Origin: Polyangiales bacterium
GTDB lineage: Bacteria > Myxococcota_A > Polyangia > Polyangiales > Houyiibacteriaceae
Length of the DNA: 20,595 bases
Assembly: GCA_045106895.1 (NCBI GenBank)
Contig: JBGCFM010000197.1
Location: 1 to 20,595 of the forward strand
Reading direction: 5' to 3'
Shown here: one piece after another, positions 17,915 through 20,595 of the stretch
How positions within the stretch are numbered: the stretch's first letter is position 1
Layout of the letters: every line of letters begins with the position of its first letter
Made by a program: the position numbers and the translations under genes
Notes under the pieces: generated by a model
The model's input: the letters and a program-made list of their open reading frames with translations, nothing else
Told to the model about the DNA's origin: nothing
Database searches by the model: none

Positions 17915-19228
17915 ATGACTGACATTCCAGAAATCGCGGCGACGCGATCCGAAGACGTCTTCGGCGAGTTCAAGCCTGCCTACGACCGCGGCCACGCCCT
18001 AGCCGAAGCACATCGCTGCCTCTACTGCGAGGACGCGCCGTGCATCAAGGCATGCCCCACGTCCATCGACATTCCGACCTTCATTCGTAAGATCGCGACG
18101 GAGAACGTGAAGGGTTCGGCGAAGACCATCTTCGATTCGAACATCCTCGGAATGAGCTGCGCACGCGTCTGCCCCGTCGAGGTGCTTTGCGTCGGCGACT
18201 GCGTCTTCAACCACATGGAGCAGCCGCCGATTCAGATCGGGAAGCTGCAGCGCTACTCGACGGACATGGCGTTCGAGAAAGACTGGCACTTCTACGAGGC
18301 CGGCGCAGACACCGGCAAGAGCGTCGGCATCGTCGGCGGCGGACCTGCGGCGCTTGCAGCGGCGCATGAGCTCCGCATCGCCGGCCACGCCGTCACTATC
18401 TACGAAAAGCGCGACGTCATCGGCGGCCTCAACACGACGGGCATCGCGCCCTACAAGATGAAGGCCGACGCATCCGTCGACGAAGCCAAGTGGGTCCTCG
18501 CCATCGGCGGCGTGGAGATCAAGACGGGTTTCGAAGTCGGCAAGGACGCGTCCTTCGAAGACATCGAAGCCAAACACGACGCGCTGATCCTCGCCTTCGG
18601 TCTCGGTCCTGACAGCAGCCTGAAGGCCGCTGGCGAAGACCTCGAGGGTGTGTACGGCGCCGTCGACTACATCGAGCGCTTCAAGGTCGGCACCGTCGAC
18701 GTGAGCGGCGTGAAGGAAGCTGTCGTTGTCGGCGGCGGCAACACGGCGCTGGACGCTGTTCGCGAACTTCGGGGCCTTGGCATTCCATCGGTGACGATGG
18801 CGTACCGCGGACAAGAAGCGGGCATGAGCGGCTACAAGCATGAGTGGAAGGCCGGCAAGGTCGAAGGCGTTCGCGCTGCGTTCGGTACGCAGCCAACAGC
18901 GTTTGAGGGCGAAGGTAAAGTCACCGGCGTCCGCTGCGACAGTCTCGACGAGAACAAGAAGCCCATTGCCGGCGGAGAGCACGTGCTCCCGGCGGACTTG
19001 GTGCTTCTCGCCATCGGCCAGGGCAAGCTCGGTTCGCTTGTCGAGAAGATGGACGGAGTGAAGGTCGAATGGGGCTGCATTCAAGTCGACGAAAATGGCG
19101 CCACGGGGCGCCCCGGCGTTTACGCCGCAGGCGACGCAGCGAATGGCGGCACTGAAGTCGTCTACGCCGCCGCCGAAGGAAAGGCCGCCGCGCGCGCCAT
19201 CGATACGTACCTCAAGGGAGCAGAATAA
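17915..19228 (+). CDS. preT: Dihydropyrimidine dehydrogenase FAD/Fe-S subunit (GltD-like)
   Basis: RCLYCEDAPCIKACP, SCARVCPVEVLCVGDC, IQIGKLQRY, IVGGGPA, VVGGGNTALD, LAIGQ, AAGD. Coupled to preA by a TAATG overlap. Confidence 0.92.
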   Translation: MTDIPEIAATRSEDVFGEFKPAYDRGHALAEAHRCLYCEDAPCIKACPTSIDIPTFIRKIATENVKGSAKTIFDSNILGMSCARVCPVEVLCVGDCVFNHMEQPPIQIGKLQRYSTDMAFEKDWHFYEAGADTGKSVGIVGGGPAALAAAHELRIAGHAVTIYEKRDVIGGLNTTGIAPYKMKADASVDEAKWVLAIGGVEIKTGFEVGKDASFEDIEAKHDALILAFGLGPDSSLKAAGEDLEGVYGAVDYIERFKVGTVDVSGVKEAVVVGGGNTALDAVRELRGLGIPSVTMAYRGQEAGMSGYKHEWKAGKVEGVRAAFGTQPTAFEGEGKVTGVRCDSLDENKKPIAGGEHVLPADLVLLAIGQGKLGSLVEKMDGVKVEWGCIQVDENGATGRPGVYAAGDAANGGTEVVYAAAEGKAAARAIDTYLKGAE

Positions 19229-20502
19229 TGCCGGATCTTACCTCGAACACCGCGGGCATCATCTCGCCCAATCCATTCTGGCTTGCGTCCGCGCCGCCGG
19301 CGAACTCCGGCGACCAGATCATGCGCGCCTTCGACCACGGCTGGGGCGGCGCTGTCTGGAAGACGCTCGGACAGCCGATTCAGAACGTGTCGAGCCGCTT
19401 CGGCGGGCTACACTACAAGGGCACCAAGGCCATCGGGTTCAACAATATTGAACTCATCACGGACCGCACCCTCGAGGTGAACTTCAAAGAGATCGCGGAG
19501 GTCAAAAAGAAGTACCCGAAGAACGCCATCATCGTCAGCTTGATGGTGGAGACCCAAGAGGAGTGGAAAGAGATCATCGCGCGCAGCATCGACGCCGGCG
19601 CCGATGGCCTTGAACTCAACTTCGGCTGTCCCCACGGTATGTGCGAGCGCGGCATGGGCAGCGCCGTGGGCCAGGAGCCTGCGGTCAACGAGCGCATCAC
19701 CAGCTGGGCGATGGAGTACTCCACGATTCCTGTTCTCGTGAAGCTCACGCCAAACGTCGGCGACATCGTTCCCCACGGACTTGCGGCACAGCGAGGCGGC
19801 GCCAGCGGCGTCAGCCTCATCAACACCATCAAGAGCGTCATCGGCGTGGATATCAACAAGATGGTTATCGAGCCGCGCGTGGGTGAACTTTCGTCCAACG
19901 GCGGTTACTGCGGCGCTGCGGTGAAGCCCATCGCGCTCCATATGTGCGCAGCCCTCGGCCGCAACCCCGACTTCAACATTCCCGTTAGCGGCATCGGCGG
20001 CGTGACCAACTGGCGCGACGCAGTGGAGTTTATCCTCCTCGGCTCCTCCAGCGTTCAGGTCTGCACGGAGGTCATGCTCCGTGGCTACCGCGTCGTCGAA
20101 GACATGATCGAAGGTCTCGAGAACTACATGATCGAACAAGGCGTCGAGACGATTCCCGAGATTGTCGGCAAGGCGCTTCCGAGCTTCGAGAGCTGGGGCA
20201 ACCTCGACCTCAACTACGAGACCGTCGCCAAGATCGACGACAGCAAGTGCATCGGTTGCTACGACTGCGTCGTCGCCTGCCAAGACGGCGCTCATCAGTG
20301 CATCTTCCCGGCCAAGGACGGCGAAGTTCGCGTGCCCTTTATCGACGAGAGCGAATGCGTCGGCTGCAACCTCTGCGAGATTGTGTGTCCGGTTCCGGAT
20401 TGCATCACGATGGTCGAGGTCGACAATGGCTTCGCGCCTGCGACGTGGAATGAGCATTTGAACGAGGGGAAGCAGTTGCGTCCCAAGAAGGGCTCCCACT
20501 AG
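19228..20502 (+). CDS. preA: Dihydropyrimidine dehydrogenase FMN/Fe-S subunit
   Basis: NPFWLASAPP, GWGGAVWKT, NNIELITDR, ELNFGCPHGMCERGMG (catalytic Cys), KLTPN, INTI, GGYCGAAVKPIAL, SGIGG. Two C-terminal ferredoxin motifs CIGCYDCVVAC and CVGCNLCEIVCP. Confidence 0.96.
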   Translation: MPDLTSNTAGIISPNPFWLASAPPANSGDQIMRAFDHGWGGAVWKTLGQPIQNVSSRFGGLHYKGTKAIGFNNIELITDRTLEVNFKEIAEVKKKYPKNAIIVSLMVETQEEWKEIIARSIDAGADGLELNFGCPHGMCERGMGSAVGQEPAVNERITSWAMEYSTIPVLVKLTPNVGDIVPHGLAAQRGGASGVSLINTIKSVIGVDINKMVIEPRVGELSSNGGYCGAAVKPIALHMCAALGRNPDFNIPVSGIGGVTNWRDAVEFILLGSSSVQVCTEVMLRGYRVVEDMIEGLENYMIEQGVETIPEIVGKALPSFESWGNLDLNYETVAKIDDSKCIGCYDCVVACQDGAHQCIFPAKDGEVRVPFIDESECVGCNLCEIVCPVPDCITMVEVDNGFAPATWNEHLNEGKQLRPKKGSH

Positions 20503-20529
20503 CGCTTCTGTCTTATGAGCGCTCAAGCG

Positions 20530-20565
20530 AAACGCCGAGGAGTCATCTCCTCGGCGTTTTCTTTT
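20530..20565 (+). terminator. Rho-independent terminator of the pyrimidine operon
   Basis: 13-bp perfect stem AAACGCCGAGGAG (20530-20542), TCAT loop, CTCCTCGGCGTTT (20547-20559), followed by TCTTTT. Begins 27 nt after the preA stop. Confidence 0.9.
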
Positions 20566-20567
20566 GG

Positions 20568-20585
20568 GACCGAGCTAGCTCGGTC
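20568..20585. repeat. Perfect 18-bp palindrome GACCGAGCTAGCTCGGTC
   Basis: The sequence is its own reverse complement and lies directly after the terminator T-tract. Confidence 0.8.
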
Positions 20586-20595
20586 GCCAGTAACG

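Noticed and set aside
17915..19228. Calling this gene glutamate synthase small subunit gltD
   Set aside because: No gltB is nearby, and the gene is translationally coupled to preA inside a pyrimidine operon.
17999..20526. 361-aa and 372-aa minus-strand ORFs opposite preT and preA
   Set aside because: Same antisense-shadow artefact, with V/D/L/H-rich composition typical of reverse-frame reading.

Overview
High-GC bacterial chromosomal segment. The Cys-rich and DAG-repeat lipoproteins suggest Myxococcota/Polyangia (inference from protein style). There are 16 complete CDS and no sign of mobile elements, rRNA, tRNA or CRISPR. Left part (1-6545): a long-chain polyprenyl diphosphate synthase, a hypothetical membrane protein, a permuted LeuD-LeuC aconitase-family fusion, and, divergently, an atypical Rossmann-fold protein plus a stand-alone biotin carboxylase. 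Middle (6647-11869): three predicted lipoproteins (one with a polyglycine-rich domain), a small secreted protein, and an SLC13/TrkA-C permease with altered conserved motifs. Right part (12084-20565): a compact six-gene reductive pyrimidine catabolism operon ending in a strong intrinsic terminator. Its genes are hydA, an NCS2 permease of the animal SLC23-like type, mmsA, a class III aminotransferase, preT and preA. It encodes uptake and four of the five enzyme steps from uracil/thymine to acetyl-/propionyl-CoA, but lacks beta-ureidopropionase. Best leads: the missing pathway step, the SLC23-like permease, the permuted dehydratase and the Gly-rich surface lipoprotein. All family calls come from motif recognition; no database search was run.
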